DNA of 64,000 nucleotides from Octopus sinensis (Eukaryota): assembly GCF_006345805.1 (NCBI RefSeq), contig NC_043000.1, forward strand, positions 107,260,001 to 107,324,000. The letters run 5' to 3'. Positions 24,303-38,214 of the stretch are shown piece by piece; the first letter of the stretch is position 1; each line of letters begins with the position of its first letter. The translations under genes were made by a program, and so were the position numbers. Under the pieces are notes generated by a model. It had not been told where the DNA came from. It saw only the letters and a list, made by a program, of their open reading frames with translations, and did not search any database.

Positions 24303-26151
24303 ATGTCTCTCGGCTTACGATGAAAGACAAGTTGAGCTTAGCAGAATTTGAACTCAAAACATAAAGGGGGACAAAATGCCCTTAAGCATTTTACCTGGCG
24401 TGCTAACAAATCTGTCAGCTCACCACATACTCTCTGGGTTTAGAATAGCATCTTTTCTTCATTTTACAGGTACAGCATCGTTTTTTTCAGATTACTGATT
24501 TTTTCTGAATCACGGTGGTCGCACTCTGAATTAAGCAAATGTTAAATTTACTTAAATAATTAAATGAAATACAGGCACCAGTACATAGTATAAATGATAC
24601 AAGTTTATTAATGCTGTACTGTGCAAGGTACTAGTGTGTTCAAGGTACCAGTAAACTAGTCTGGAAGCTGCGAAATTTAAAGTTCCTGCTCATAAATTAG
24701 AGCAGAGAATAAGAAGTTCCAGGCCATTAGCGTCCAGAAAGTCGATATTGTACCTATACAACAGTGGTACCCCAGGGGCAGTGGAAAGATCCAGGGGACG
24801 TTGAAGAAAAATGGGGCAATGATGGGGTGACAAAATGGGGCATTGGATGTAAAAAAAAATAAAATAAAGGATTAATTAAGTTTTATTCGTGAAATGGTGT
24901 CGTTTTGAATTTGCTGCAGAAAATGGTCTATGTCTGTGAAGGTGAGTGGTGATGGTGGGGTGGTGGACACTGAGAATGTGGCCTTAGAACCAAGGCAATT
25001 TTACTTTCACTTTTTTAGAACATTTTACTTTCACCTTTTTTAGGACAATTTACTTTCATTTTTTATGATAACAAAGTGTATGTTAACTGTTTTTATAACA
25101 AGCATATATATATATGCTTTGCAGTATTTGTTCTGAAACTTGAAGCTCTATGTTCAACTCCCACAGAAGTCAACTTTACCTTTATAGTGGTAGATTGGCA
25201 GAACTGTAAGATCACAGGTCTAGGTGTCTTGCAGCATTCATTCTGCTTCTCTGTGATCTGAGTTCAAACCCTACTGTAGCCTACGTGGGTGGTAAACTTT
25301 TGTCACCTGCTTTAATACCACCATTTAGATTCTTGGGTACATTTAGCAAAGTCCACTCTGTTGCATGTATTTGGAATTGCTCTCTTATTTGAAGGTACCT
25401 TCCTCCATCACTCCCACTGGTATCAGAGGCCCCGTGAAGCATCAAAGGCATTGCTTTCCCTCCTGACTTAAACAGTAAAAAAAAATTACAAACATGTTTT
25501 TCAAGCCAGCAAACATTAATATGTATATTCACTGCCATTTCTCCATACATTTATATATATGCAGTGTCTATGCATCTACCCATCCATTCATACAGCTATG
25601 CATACATATATACATACATGCATACATACATATGTACATACATACATGTGTACAAATGTATATACATACATACATATAAAAAATAAACCAGCATTAAAAA
25701 AATAAATTGAAAGCTACCAGAAGTCTATACGGGGAAGAAATGTAAAGTGAAGCAAGCAAATTTTGATTGGACAGAAGAACTAGAAAGGCACTTTTGCAAA
25801 CATGTTGAACAAAAACATGATGAAAAGAATGGTACAGTAATGGGAAAAGTTTCTAAAGAAAATGACAAACAGGAAATCTCTAGGACCAGATCTCATAGAA
25901 ACATATTGATCGAAAAACCTCATCTTTTATTACTGAGATTTGATAGTATTCTGTTGAAAGTAAGTTGGATCTGCTAAAATGACAACCAACTGTTCTTAGT
26001 CTGTTCATTCTTCACAAAACGGCCTAACCACACAAGTTAAAAGTTACTGTTCTTTAAGACAAAACAAATAAGGCAACAAGCTAACAGAATCATTAGTATA
26101 CCAGGAAAAATGCTTAGCAGTATTTTATCTTTATGTTTTGAGTTCAAATTC

Positions 26152-26533
26152 TTTTCTACTCTAGGTACAAGGCCCGAAATTTTGGAGAAGGAGGCCAGTC
26201 GATTAGATCGACCCCAGTACGCAACTAGTACTTAATTTATCAACCTCTGAAAGGATGAAAGGCAAAGTCAACCTTGGCGAAATTTGAACTCAGAACATAA
26301 AGACAGACGAAATACCTATTTCTTTACTAAACACAGAAAGGACAAACAAGGACAGACAAATGGATTAAGTCGATTATATCGACCCCAGTGTGTAACTGGT
26401 ACTTATTTAATCGACCCTGAAAGGATGAATGGCAAAGTCAACCTCGGCGGAATTTGAACTCAGAACATAGCGGTAGACGAAATACCGCTAAGCATTTCGC
26501 CCGGTGCGCTAATGTTTCTGCCGGCTCGCTGCC
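26152..26533 (-). mobile_element. SINE family 2, dimeric form
   Basis: Paralog of 14058-14441. Confidence 0.88.
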
Positions 26534-26756
26534 ATTTTGAGTTCAAATTCTGCCAAAGTTGACTTTGCCTTTCAGGGTTGTTGAAATAAGCACTAGTTGA
26601 GCACTGGAGTCAATGTGATCAACTTACCCTCCTTACCCTGAAAATTGCTGGCCTTGTGCCAAAACCTGAAACTAATATGACAAAAAGCATACACTTTTCT
26701 TTAACCCTTTAGCATTCAGATTACTCTGTCAAATGTTATGCTTATTTATTCCCATA

Positions 26757-27066
26757 AGGCACATGGCTCAAGTGGTTAGAGCATCGAACTTACGATTGTG
26801 AGGTTGTGAGTTCGATTCCCAGACCAGGCTGCGTGTTGTGTTCTTGAACAAGACACTTTATTTTCACGTTGCTTCAGTTCTCTCAGCTGTAGAAATGAAT
26901 TGCGACGTCACTGTATCGGCCTTTGGATAACATCGGTGGCGTGGAGAGGGGAGGCTGGTATGCATGGGTGACTGCTGGCCTTCCATAAACAACCTTGCCC
27001 AGACTTGTGCCTCAAAGTGTAACTTTGTAAGTGCAATCCCGTGGTCAATCATGAATGAAAGGGGTC
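26757..27066 (+). mobile_element. SINE family 3 variant
   Basis: tRNA-like head GGCTCAAGTGGTTAGAGCA...GAGTTCGATTCCC plus GTGTTCTTGAACAAGACAC domain. Confidence 0.8.
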
Positions 27067-27933
27067 TCAATTTAATCCCATTGTTTTGAATTAATCATGC
27101 ATTACCTTGTGGCTTTGAGATTTCAATGATGTGATTGTTTATTTTTAAAATGACATTCTAGGATAGGTATGAGAGTTTGGATATGACCAATTTAAACACA
27201 AAATAGGTAGAATATTTTGGTCAGATATGGCTAGCTTAAATACTAAAGGGTTATAAAAATCTTTTTCTTACTAATTCATCACCAAGATGGTGGCTAGCCA
27301 AAATAAACTTTAAAGCAACAACAACACGGAAAAGAAAACAAAATACAAACTTCATTTGGGTATACATGTGTGCACATAAATGTAATGAATTCTGAGTTTC
27401 ATTAAAACTTTGCAGACTTGTGTAACTCTAAATGTCTAATTAAAACACTAATGATAATTCCTATGACATGGCCTTTATTATTTTTACTGTATGTAGCAAA
27501 ATCATTTTCACAATCTGTTTGATGCTCCATAAGATGTTATTAGTTATTTAGATTTTTCAATTACAGGCACTCATAAAATTTATTTAAAATTAATGAACAT
27601 CAAATCTATTAAAATTTACATGAAGAATAAACGTCAGAGAAGAAGACAAGTTAATGAAATAGAGTTGTTCTTGTTGATGGGGGTGATAAAAGTATTTATG
27701 TTTATACGAGCAAAACACCCCCTGTCCAATGGACGGTGCTGAGTTGTCAAACATTTAAACCAAATTTTCTCAAAACAACTTGTCTGACCGTCCCATAGGC
27801 CTCCCCTTTGAGAAAAACTGATTTAACATTAATTTGAGACACCAGCAAAAGAAGAAATAAAGATAGACTTCTTTTCTATTCCAAAGAAAAACAATTTTAT
27901 TCACGCAAATATGAAACCGAAGAGTTTAAAGTA

Positions 27934-28261
27934 CCAGTAATGATAAGGCTGTTGACTGGGAGAACCCAAACATGGTTTAAACAGTAAGCTTCGCAGGAAA
28001 GAAACGTGCCTTTAGGCAGTACAAAAACAAAAAAACATGGAAGGTGCAGTTACGTACAGGTTGATGGAAGAAAAGCAGGACAAAAATGGCTTTATCAATC
28101 GCATTCTCACCTGGAATTGATTTTTGTAATTTTTTCAAGACTTATACATGCCCTGATACTGTCGATATCTACATATCAAATTTGAGCGCAATCGGATGGA
28201 GGATGCCCTAGAACCTTGAAGACACACACACAGACAAACAGAACGGATTTTATATAATAGA
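27934..28261 (-). mobile_element. Short non-autonomous Helitron
   Basis: A|TCTATTATATAAAATCCG 5' end and degenerate 3' hairpin with CTGG|T. Confidence 0.6.
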
Positions 28262-28554
28262 TATGTTCTGCTTTTATTTCTAAATATTTCTCACCAATAA
28301 AGGGAGCCAGTTTCCATTCTAGAAACAAGGCTCTTCCAATTCTGATTCTTCCAAACTTCCAATTTCTCTTTCCAATTCTAAAGTGGAATTTAAACAATAT
28401 GATAACTGCAATTTTTGTACATATATATTTATGTGAATATGTATGCATACGTATATATACGTATATTTGTTCTGGTTTCATTTTTCAAAGTTCTTATAAG
28501 TAAAGTAAATGCCAGCTTCTAACCCAGAAATATGTAAATCTATATTTTCTGATT

Positions 28555-28953
28555 TACTCTTTTACTTGTTTCAGTCATTTGACTGTGGCCATGCTGGAGC
28601 ACCACCTTTAGTCGAGCAAATCGACCCCAGGACTTATTCTTTGTAAGCCTAGTGTTTATTCTATCGGTCTCTTTTGCCGAACCGCTAAGTTACGGGGACA
28701 TAAACACACCAGCATCGGTTGTCAAGCGATGTTGGGGGGACAAACATAGACACACAAACACACACACATATATATACATATACATATATACAATGGGCTT
28801 CTTTCCGTTTCCATCTACCAAATCCACTCACAAGGCTTTGGTCAGCCTGAGGCTATAGTAGAAGACACTTGCCCAAAGTGCCACGCAGTGGGACTGAACC
28901 CGGAACCATGTGGTTGGTAAGCAAGCTACTTACCACACAGCCACTCCTGCGCC
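28555..28953 (-). mobile_element. SINE family 1, full length
   Basis: Similarity to 12448-12855. Confidence 0.92.
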
Positions 28954-29399
28954 TGTACATATGCAAATAAATGATTGTGTATGTATATGTGAAATATATG
29001 ATTGTAATGTGTTCTTATTACAATCTAAACTACATATTCTCATAGTCCCTTCATTAGATTCTAATTTTAATTTTCTAATTAGCAGCCATATCCTTTCTGG
29101 ATGTGGCAGCTAGTTACAATGTATCCAAGTAACTCAGTAATGACAAATGTTAATTTTAAGCTTTACTTTGCGCAGTGCAATCTGTAAATTTTTAATTAGT
29201 TTGGCTTATATACTTTCTTTTTCGCTTAGCTTTCAGAATATGTTAACATCAGTTAAGTAACTGATTTTAACTATTGCATACACATTATTCCACTCTTATG
29301 TTTCAACTCTACAGTTTAATGAGATTTTGACAAGATCATTCCACCAGTATTCTTTCTTTTAATGTGTGAGAATGCCCATCTCATCATTGTAACTTCTTA

Positions 29400-29969
29400 T
29401 ATTGGGTTATCTGGAATGTTCGTGCCGATTTATAGTAGCTTACCTTTCAACTTATTTTAGAACATGGTTGAGTCCATAAAATAGGATTTGACTACACCTC
29501 CATTTAGAGCACAGTTTAAGCTATCTTTTCATGGAAGAAGGTTAATGTTCCTATAACATGTATTAATTCTGTAACCCTTTAAAATGGAAGATAAGAAAGT
29601 TCATTTTCAGCACTTCATGCTTTGGGAACCACACAAAAATTGCTGCAGCTCAGCTGGAATGTGTTACCCCACCCTCCATATTCACCAGATATTGCTCCTT
29701 TGGATTTCCACTTATTCAGGTCTCTGCAGAATAATCTTAATGGTAAAAATTTCAATTCCTTGGATGACGTAAAAAGATACCTTGATGAATTCTTTGCCAT
29801 GAAACCACCTCAATTCTGGGTAGAGGGTATTTTCAAATTAAAGGAAAGATGGAGACGTATTGTGCAACAAAATGGTTAATATTTGGTTGATTAAAAATGT
29901 AATGGCAAGCATTTATTGACCTTTTTCTTTCCTTTAAAAATCGGCACAAACTTTCCGGACAACCCAATA
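29400..29969 (+). mobile_element. Internally deleted mariner (DD34D)
   Basis: TIRs TATTGGGTT.TC.GGAA.GTT.GTGCCGATTT at both ends. Encodes HPPYSPDIAPLDFHLF...KLKERWRRIVQQNG. Confidence 0.92.
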
Positions 29970-30496
29970 TTTTTGTCTTCCATGTATCCTTTCTATAGAT
30001 TGTATTGTACAGTATTTTGGCTACTATGTCATGTTCTTAGAACATGATGTCATTTTATAATGTGGGTGAAATCTTATGTGTTAGTTCCATAAAACCTGAA
30101 TGGATTATTGCATAAAGTGTTTTATTTGCACCCCATTCCTTTTATGTTCCTCAAGTACTTCATTATTATTTCCTGTTCAATGATTGCAAATGACTACCTT
30201 TCAAAACAATGTTTTGTTGGTTCAAAATAGACAACTTAGATTATCTGATTTACAGTCACTTTCAGCTTTTCTGACACAACATCAATGCATAACTTTCTAC
30301 TGATAGACTGAAAGCGTTTTTGTCAGATGATTATTTTGTAGCAGAACTGAATACCTTTCCTGATGAGCATCAATGGCCATCAATCAGTTAATATCTTTTG
30401 AGGTGCTCCTTTCCAGCTCTCATGATTTTATTTACTTCATATATGCATACTAGATCCATTGGCATAGTTCATTATTGAGTTTAGTAATTTTCAAAA

Positions 30497-31910
30497 ACAG
30501 GGGTATCAAATTGTTGGATCAGGTGATGAAGGTCATGGAGAGGGTCATAGCCCAACTAATTAGGGAGAGAGTCTGCTTAGATGAGATGCAGTTCGCTATA
30601 TTCCTGGTACAACAACTGCAGGAGAAATACTTAGCCAAAAATAAAACCCTATACTTAGCTTTTGTGGACTTGGAGAAAGCCTTTGACAGGGTCCCTTGAT
30701 CCCTTATCTGGTGGGTGATGCGAAAACTGGGGGTTGACAAATGGTTAATAAGGGCTGTACAGGCCCTATACAGAGATGCTGTTAGTAAGGTTAGGGTTGG
30801 CAATGAGTATAGCGAAGAATTCCGGGTAAAAGTAGGGGTCCACCAAGGATCAGCCCTCATCCCCCTCTTATTCATCATAGTCCTCCAGGCAATAACGAGG
30901 AATTCAAGACAGGTTGCCCATGGGAGCTCCTCTACGCTGATGACCTGGCCCTCATAGCAGAATCACTACCAGAACTAGAGAAGAAATTTCAGTTGTGGAA
31001 GCAAGGTTTAGATTTGAAGGGCCTAAGAATCAATGTTGCAAAGACCAAAGTTCTAGTAAGTAGGAAGGTGAATACATCACACACCCCTTCAGGTAGGTGG
31101 CCCTCTCGATCTGTAGAAAAGGTGTAGGTAGAAACTCCATAAGATGTACCCAGTGTAAGCTATGGACACATAAGAGGTGCAACAACATCAAAGGATGATT
31201 AACCGAGAAGATAGCTTTTGTGTGCGGCATATGCACAGGGGCAATAAACATCACAGATGCTCAGAAAACAGATTCCATCACATGTCACGAGGAGAAACTG
31301 GAAGTAGTTAATAGTTTCTGCTACCTAGGTGACCAAGTCTGTAGTTGGGGTGGATGCTCAGAGAGTGTTACCACTAGAATAAAAATAGCTTGGACAAAGC
31401 TCAGAAAGCTTCTACTCCTACTGGTGACAAAGGGCCTCTTGCTCAGAGTGAAAGGTAGATTGTACAATGTATGTGTGTGAACTACCATGCTTCACGGCAG
31501 TGAAACATGGGCCATGACTGCAGATGACATGCGTAGCAAGCATGATCCGCTGGATGTGTAATGTCAGTGTGCACACACTATAGAGCGTAAGTGCCCTGAG
31601 AGAAATGTTGGACATAAGAAGCCTCAGATGTGGAGTGCAAGAGAGACGTTTGCATTGGTATGGCCATGTACTACAGATGCATGTGGAGAGCAGTGTGAAG
31701 AAGTGCCACTCCCAATCAGTGGAAAGAATCCAGTGTAGAAGAGACCCAGGAAGACATGGGATGAAATGGTGAAGCATAACCTTCAAACGTTGGACCTCAC
31801 AGAGGCAATGACAAATGATCGAGACCTTTGGAGATATGCTGTGACTAAGAAGACCCGACAAATAAAGTGAGTTCACAGCTGTAACCTACACCAGTGTTGC
31901 ATAACCAGCC
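30497..31910 (+). pseudogene. RTE-clade LINE remnant (reverse transcriptase to 3' end)
   Basis: RGIKLLDQVMKVMERV, AFVDLEKAFDRVP, VGVHQGSAL.PLLF, ELLYADDL, EVVNSFCYLG, with multiple frameshifts. Confidence 0.92.
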
Positions 31911-32004
31911 AACTCAAAAGTACTGTGGAGATGGTGATAGTGAGTGCATAGTGAAAAGTAATTTTTTTTTGTTGAATTAAGATTTTTATATCACTTATCA
32001 CTTA

Positions 32005-32290
32005 ACACATGTGCATCCCAAACTTGCCATTCACTTTAGATAGAAACCAGTTTCCTGTTTGCCTGTCATATACAATGACTATCAATAAATCACAAGAGCA
32101 GACATTTGATAAAGTGGGGCTGTTCTTACCTGAACCTGTATTCAGCCATGGTCAGCTATATTTTGCATTCTCAAGGGCTCAGAAATTATCTGCTGTGAGA
32201 GTTAAAGCTACCAACACTGACAAGGGAAAAGAAGAGGGAGAACTTACACAAAGAACATAGTCTGCAAAGAAGTATTGGATTGAAAGGTGT
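32005..32290 (+). pseudogene. Helitron PIF1-helicase C-terminal fragment
   Basis: NQFPVCLSYTMTINKSQEQTFDKVGLFLPEPVFSHGQLY.AFSR. Confidence 0.88.
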
Positions 32291-32869
32291 ACGCAAATTA
32301 AAATGTGTATTGGCTCTGACCCATTGCCTTGGCTTATAAGTTACCAACGATATGGTTTCCAGAGTAAGCCAAGTTGCATTAATTTTTTACCCTGTGAAAC
32401 TGTGACCCCTATATTTTACATATGAAATAAATTTTTTTTACTATAAAACTTTTGTTTTCTAGATATGAAATTGTGACCATGTAAATTTTAAAATGTCATT
32501 TTTCCTGTTTATGGGGGAAATGGAAAAATAGGAGTGCTGTGTACTGTCTATAAAATTATGCATAAAGTATATAAAGTATATAATATATATATAGAGTGCA
32601 TTAAGTAATCATCGTATTCCAATTTCTTTCACTTTCCAATGAATAGCAGATGAGCGACTTATCTTTTGATATAGATACAACACAGGCTACGCTTTCAGGT
32701 TTTTTGGATAAAGTTTTCAGGAATAACCCCATAAATAGGTTTACTATTAATTCTGTGAAATATTCATGGGTCCTGCTAGTCCTGAATAATTCTATCACAG
32801 CTTCAAAGATATCACCATTAATACAACATACGTTTAGTAAAACACAAGGACAGTATTTCTTATCCTTTC

Positions 32870-33140
32870 TCACTGCGTTCTAGTTAAAACTCCTTTTCCC
32901 TCGCACAATATTTTTTTCCAGAATCAATCCATAATCTTCCTGAGAAGTAATTTATTAATTGTCTTCTCACATCTTCTGTTAACTACTGATTGGTTTCAAC
33001 TGAATTTCTTGTTAATTATCTTTCTTTTATCATCTCTTTTCTGACGGAGTTTCTCACTGGCAGCTTTTAACTTCTACTTTAATTTGATAAATTTAGACTT
33101 AAATATTCTTTGTTTGCAATGTTCAAACATTTTTTTCTGT
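32870..33140 (-). pseudogene. Possible non-LTR retrotransposon ORF fragment
   Basis: KLKAASEKLRQKR...INKKF...FWKKI with stops. Loosely resembles the pre-RT region of R4/RTE-X-type LINEs. Confidence 0.3.
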
Positions 33141-33572
33141 TATACTTTTTACTATTTGTTGGTGAGAAGTGTAGTTAGTTATTTCTATGTATGTATGTAT
33201 ATGCATATGTATGTATATGCATATGTATGTATGTATATGCATATGTATGTATGTATATGCATATGTATGCATGCATGCATCCATACTATTGCATATGTTA
33301 GTTTATATGTTTTGACTTATTCATGCATACATGTACAAATGCTATATATCTATACATGTGTATGTATATATACACATATTACATATGTTTGTGTGTGCAT
33401 ATATATATAATAATAATAATAAATGGTAAAATCATAAATGACTTTTACCAAGTGGTCAGCGCAGAAATAAAACCTTGTAGGTAAATTAATATAAATATTT
33501 TAAATTGGCAATAGTGTCTTTTGACGTCTATTTTTCAGTGCATGGTGAGGCAAGCCAAGCTCTTGTTATAAT

Positions 33573-33617
<45 letters not shown>

Positions 33618-33647
33618 TATATATATATACATACATATATATATATA

Positions 33648-34870
33648 TTAGCTGAATTACCTGGCACTGCCCAGGTTACTGCTGTTCTTACTCAGATTAG
33701 TAAACAATAAATATGAAGATATATTTTTTCTCTCATAATTATTTTAAAATATCTATATTTTATTAAAAAATATCCAAATTGTAATGATAATAGAATTTAG
33801 AACTGAAAATCTGTCAATCTTGAAGCACCTCAGGGTAAACAATATTCATTGTGTAATTTTTTGTTGGTGTCCAAATGAATAAATTGTTTCTGCTTCCAAC
33901 TTATGAGCAACCAGAATAGAGTTGGCCATGGGAGGAGCATGTAGTAGAGAGATGATGTCCAACTGCATTGAGGGACTGACCCTGAGATCTGTCAATTGAA
34001 ATACCAAAACTTAGTTTGACTGGAAACTGTAGTCTCTTAAATTCAAATGGAGCATCTGTATGTATGAGAGGAAATTTTAGAATAAAGACACTTTCTCCTT
34101 TGTGACTATCCATTATGATTGTTGTCTGCAGTTCCATTACACAGGCGAGGTGGGTCAAGATTCCTAAACAATATAATGGAAGCATCCAGCTTTAGTGTCA
34201 AGTTATGTGGTGGTATCCCAGTGGGTTTAAGTGTGTTCAGAAATTCAACAGAGTATTGAACAGCCTGATCTTGATCGACTGTTGTGTAAATTGATGGAAA
34301 AGTAATTTCTAATGTATCTGTTAACTTTTGAAGAAGTTTATGATTGAGTTTATCAACCATTTCATTAGTTGGAGCCAGTATAGCTCTTTCACATGGCCAG
34401 TTTACATCAGTGTAATTGACAATCACACATACACTCTCACACACACATACATTCTCACATACACTCTCATATACTAAGACAAACACACACAGACATACAT
34501 TTATGCAATGAATGTGCAAACACATGCACACACTCACAGACATATACTCACTCATATGCAAAATGTGTCGTCGTCATCATTGTTGTGGTATAAAATGTCC
34601 TTTACTATAGTCGACTATGGAAAGATTATTTTAGATAAAATGTTATATTGTTTTAATCCAAATGAAAATAAAAATTACATGTTGACACTTGTGGGGCCTA
34701 ATACTACTACCTTGTAAAATCTGATTTGATTTGGTGGAGTTGTTTGAGAATGCATAGGAAGCAGACAGACAGACAGATAGACAAAGAATTTTGTGTGTGT
34801 GTGTGTATGTAGGTGTGTGTATGTATGTATGCATATATGCTATATATGTGTGTGTGTTTGTATCAATATA
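33648..34870 (-). mobile_element. Helitron with PIF1-helicase remnant
   Basis: 3' hairpin CCTGGGCAGTGCCAGG + CTAA. ERAILAPTNEMVD, EFLNTLKPTGIPPHNL.LK, RNLDPPRLCNGT, FKRLQFPVKLSF, HGQLY. The 5' boundary is uncertain. Confidence 0.85.
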
Positions 34871-35412
34871 TGTATGCATGTGTATGTATCATAAATTTCT
34901 TTTACGGATGTTGGTGAATGGTCAAAATAAATGTATTTTAAGTGTACATGTACTTTCATGCACACGTTTGAGTGTGTGTTTGTATGTGTGTGTGAGAGAG
35001 AGAGAGTGTGTGTGCTTATCTGTTTTTGTATGTGTATGTGTATTTGTGTTATATAAGATTTCCAATTTCATTCAATCAACAACAGACCACACACACAAAT
35101 ATTTTTTAAGGTTTCACTTTAAACTAATAAAACTTCAATCAATTTTCCCTGCCAAAGGTGCTAAATCTCAATCTATAGTTTTTATATTAGCAAACATGAA
35201 CAGAATGACAGCTGTTGTTATTTAGCATTTATATAAAACAGTGAAAAAGTGATGAAAAGGCCGAATGGATAAAGTTTTATATAACTACACAATGAGTTCA
35301 TCAGTTAAAAGAAAGCCTATCCTTGTAATTTCCTCACAAGGAAACTTCATTATTTATATAGTTTATATATTCACTCAGTAATAAATAAAAGGTTTCAAAA
35401 AGATATATGCAA

Positions 35413-36706
35413 TACGAAGGTTGGCTGAAAAGTTCATAGGCTGACCAAGTTACTCTCATGGAATATGACCAAATGAGGTTTATTTTTCAACATAGTCCCT
35501 CTTGCGGTCCACACTTCTTTCATTGGTGTTGCAGTGCTTGGATCCAATTGGTGAAGAAGCTTTCCTCCTATTGGTCAACAAACTCATCAACAGCAGATAT
35601 GACATCATCATCACTGCCATTCTGGTTCCCAGCCAAGAGTATTTTCATGTTGGCTAACAGTTGATAATTAGATGGAGCCAAATCAGAATAATGGTGATCA
35701 GCCAGTTCTAAGTCACAATCACACACAGCAGTCATAGAAAACAAGGATTTGGGTGCTAGAGCATTGTCCTGAAAAACAAGACTCCATTTATCAGATTTCC
35801 TGGTTGTTTGGTCTTGATAGCCCTTCATGACTTCCTCCACTAGTTGGCATAGTACTCTCCACTGATGGTGGGGCTATTTTGAAAAGAATCAATAAGCACA
35901 ATGCCCTTAGCATTCCAAAAAACTGAGGCCATCACCTTCCCTTCATATGAGACAACCTTGGCCTTCTTTGGAGCAGGTGAGGAGAAGTATTTCCACTGCA
36001 TGGGTTGTCTCTTTGTCTCTGACTCAAAGTGATGAACCCAACACTCATCCTGGCTTAGGAACCATTCAAGGACACCAGTTGGATCTACCTCAAACAAACC
36101 ATGACAAATTTTCCCATGATGTGATCAGCCTGGTGCACTTTTGATCAGGTGTCAGAAGACATGGCACCCACCAAACATAAACCTTCATCATGCTAAGATT
36201 ATTGTGCAGAATATTCTCAACTCTCACATGAAATATACTAATAGCATTGGATATTTGATTTATAGTTAACTGCCTGTCATCTATAAGCATGTGGTGAACA
36301 TGATCAATGTTTTCCTAGGTGGTGGCAGTTGAAGGAATTTCAGAGCTTGGGTCATCTTCAAGACCCTCCCTTCTCCTCCTAAATTCAGCTGCCCACTTTT
36401 ACACTGTTCATAAACCTGGAGCATCATCCCCTAATGTAGCAACCATGTCAGCATGAATGTCCTTGGAAACTAAAACTTTTTTCCGCAAGTACTTGATCAT
36501 ATCACGAGGTCAAATTTTGTCAATTTTTAAGAAAAGTCACTACTAGTTACTTTTGAAATGATTTTTGAATGGAGAGACGTCAGTTTAACTGGAAAGAATC
36601 AATGCAGTTATCAAGAAGAAGAGTTGAAATTAATGCATGCAAGATTTTACAGCTCTAACAACACTCCTTCATAGTTAACCAATGAACTTTTCAGTACACC
36701 CTCGTA
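35413..36706 (-). mobile_element. Full-length degenerate mariner
   Basis: TIRs TACGA.GGT....TGAAAAGTTCAT. Transposase remnants WVPCLLT, DECWVHHFE, KVMASVFW, QDNA, SDLAPSNY.L. Confidence 0.9.
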
Positions 36707-37224
36707 GACTGGCTTCTGTCCTGTTGGAGAAATATAAGCAATGGTTATAAAGCAAGTGATTTGTTGGCATCACTAATTGTAATGGTTGTATGTGAGTTGT
36801 AGTTGGTAATTGGTTTTAAGTTTCGTTGCAGCTGCATTTCAAGTAGAACTACAAACTGCATAGTTGGTAATTTCAGGATTCTTGAAATAAATTGACAGAA
36901 GAAATACTTCATAATTATCATAGCCTTTATGTAACCAATACAAAGTTTATCAGAACTTCTAAGCATTGGAAATAGATTACTGGTTAGTTTATTAGAGCAT
37001 CTCCTGTCATTGTAGCTGTAGCAGGCTTACAACTAAATCATGTGTGAGGAAAATGATAGTGAATTAAGGCTTGTACAAGGTTTGTCATTGATGGCAAAAG
37101 GAAGGTGGGGGAGGTGTTACCTCTATGACATAGTTGAGAGTAGAAGGGATTTTGTGTTTTAAGTCATTGTCCTCAAGATGACTGGCCCACCCACATAAAA
37201 AGTACTGATGTTGGTAACACATAA

Positions 37225-37510
37225 AAAGCACTGGTGTTCGTGTCATGTAAAAAACACCCAGTATACTCTGTAAAGTAACTGGTATTAGGAAGGACATCCA
37301 TCTGTAGAAACCAAGCCATGTAAAAAACTCATGTAAAACTCATGTAAAAAACACCCAGTATACTCTGTAAAGTAGCTAGTTTTAGGAAGGACATTCATCT
37401 CTAGAAACCAAGCCATGCAAAATGTTGCCAATGGATCCTGATGCAGCCCCTAGCTTTGCCAGCACCTGTCAAACAGTCCAGTACATACCAGCATCGAAAA
37501 CAGGCATTAA

Positions 37511-37547
<37 letters not shown>

Positions 37548-37560
37548 CGACGGCGGCGGC
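37225..37560 (+). mobile_element. RTE-like 3'-tail repeat ending in (GAT)n
   Basis: AAAAACACCCAGTATACTCTGTAAAGT...CCAGCATCGAAAACAGGCATTAAATGATGAT. Internal ~97-bp duplication. Relatives at 38215, 45395, 51030 and 23390 (-). Confidence 0.7.
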
Positions 37561-38214
37561 GGCGATGAAGTTCACACTAGTCCAATATAACAATGGAAAT
37601 GAATGGGTTTATCTTAACTGAAAACAGTTTCATCTACATTGATGGTAAATTTAATAGATAATACTCATAAATTCTGAGTGCAAATTCAGAGAACAATGGA
37701 AAATAATACAGAGACACATTCAGACTGAGATTTCAATTCCTGGTTGTAAATAGTGTCTATGTGCTACATCTGTGTCCATTTACCATTTAATGCCTCGGAA
37801 ACTGGAAATTAATATATATACAGGATTCTTTAAACGAAAAAAAAAGACACAAAAGTAATAAAGAAATTATATATTTCTTCAGTAGCATGTTTCTAAGTAA
37901 CACTGGGTATTATCAACAACAATAGGAGACCAGGACTCAGATCATGTATCTATGGTTTGTTGATATCCATAACATAAGCATTAGAATCTTAGCAGTTTTA
38001 AAGTCAAGCTCTCAAATTTTCTCATCAGTTTGAGAGATGAAGGAAGAGAGAGTGAGAGATAGAGAGAAAGAGAGGGAGAGTATGTAGTGGATCACTTAGT
38101 GAGAAGTCTGAGAAAAAAAACCCCGATACATCGTAGAAGGTGCAGTTCATTTTGTTATTCCTTAAACAAACATTCACCCTTAAATTTAAAGACAAAGTGT
38201 CTTGGAAAGTCATT

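Noticed and set aside
26757-26830. tRNA genes at SINE heads (also 12780-12855, 54690 and 56561)
   Set aside because: A and B boxes are present, but they continue into SINE bodies and I could not build complete cloverleaves.
30497-31910. Active RTE LINE
   Set aside because: It is 5'-truncated, has an internal deletion and carries many frameshifts and stops.
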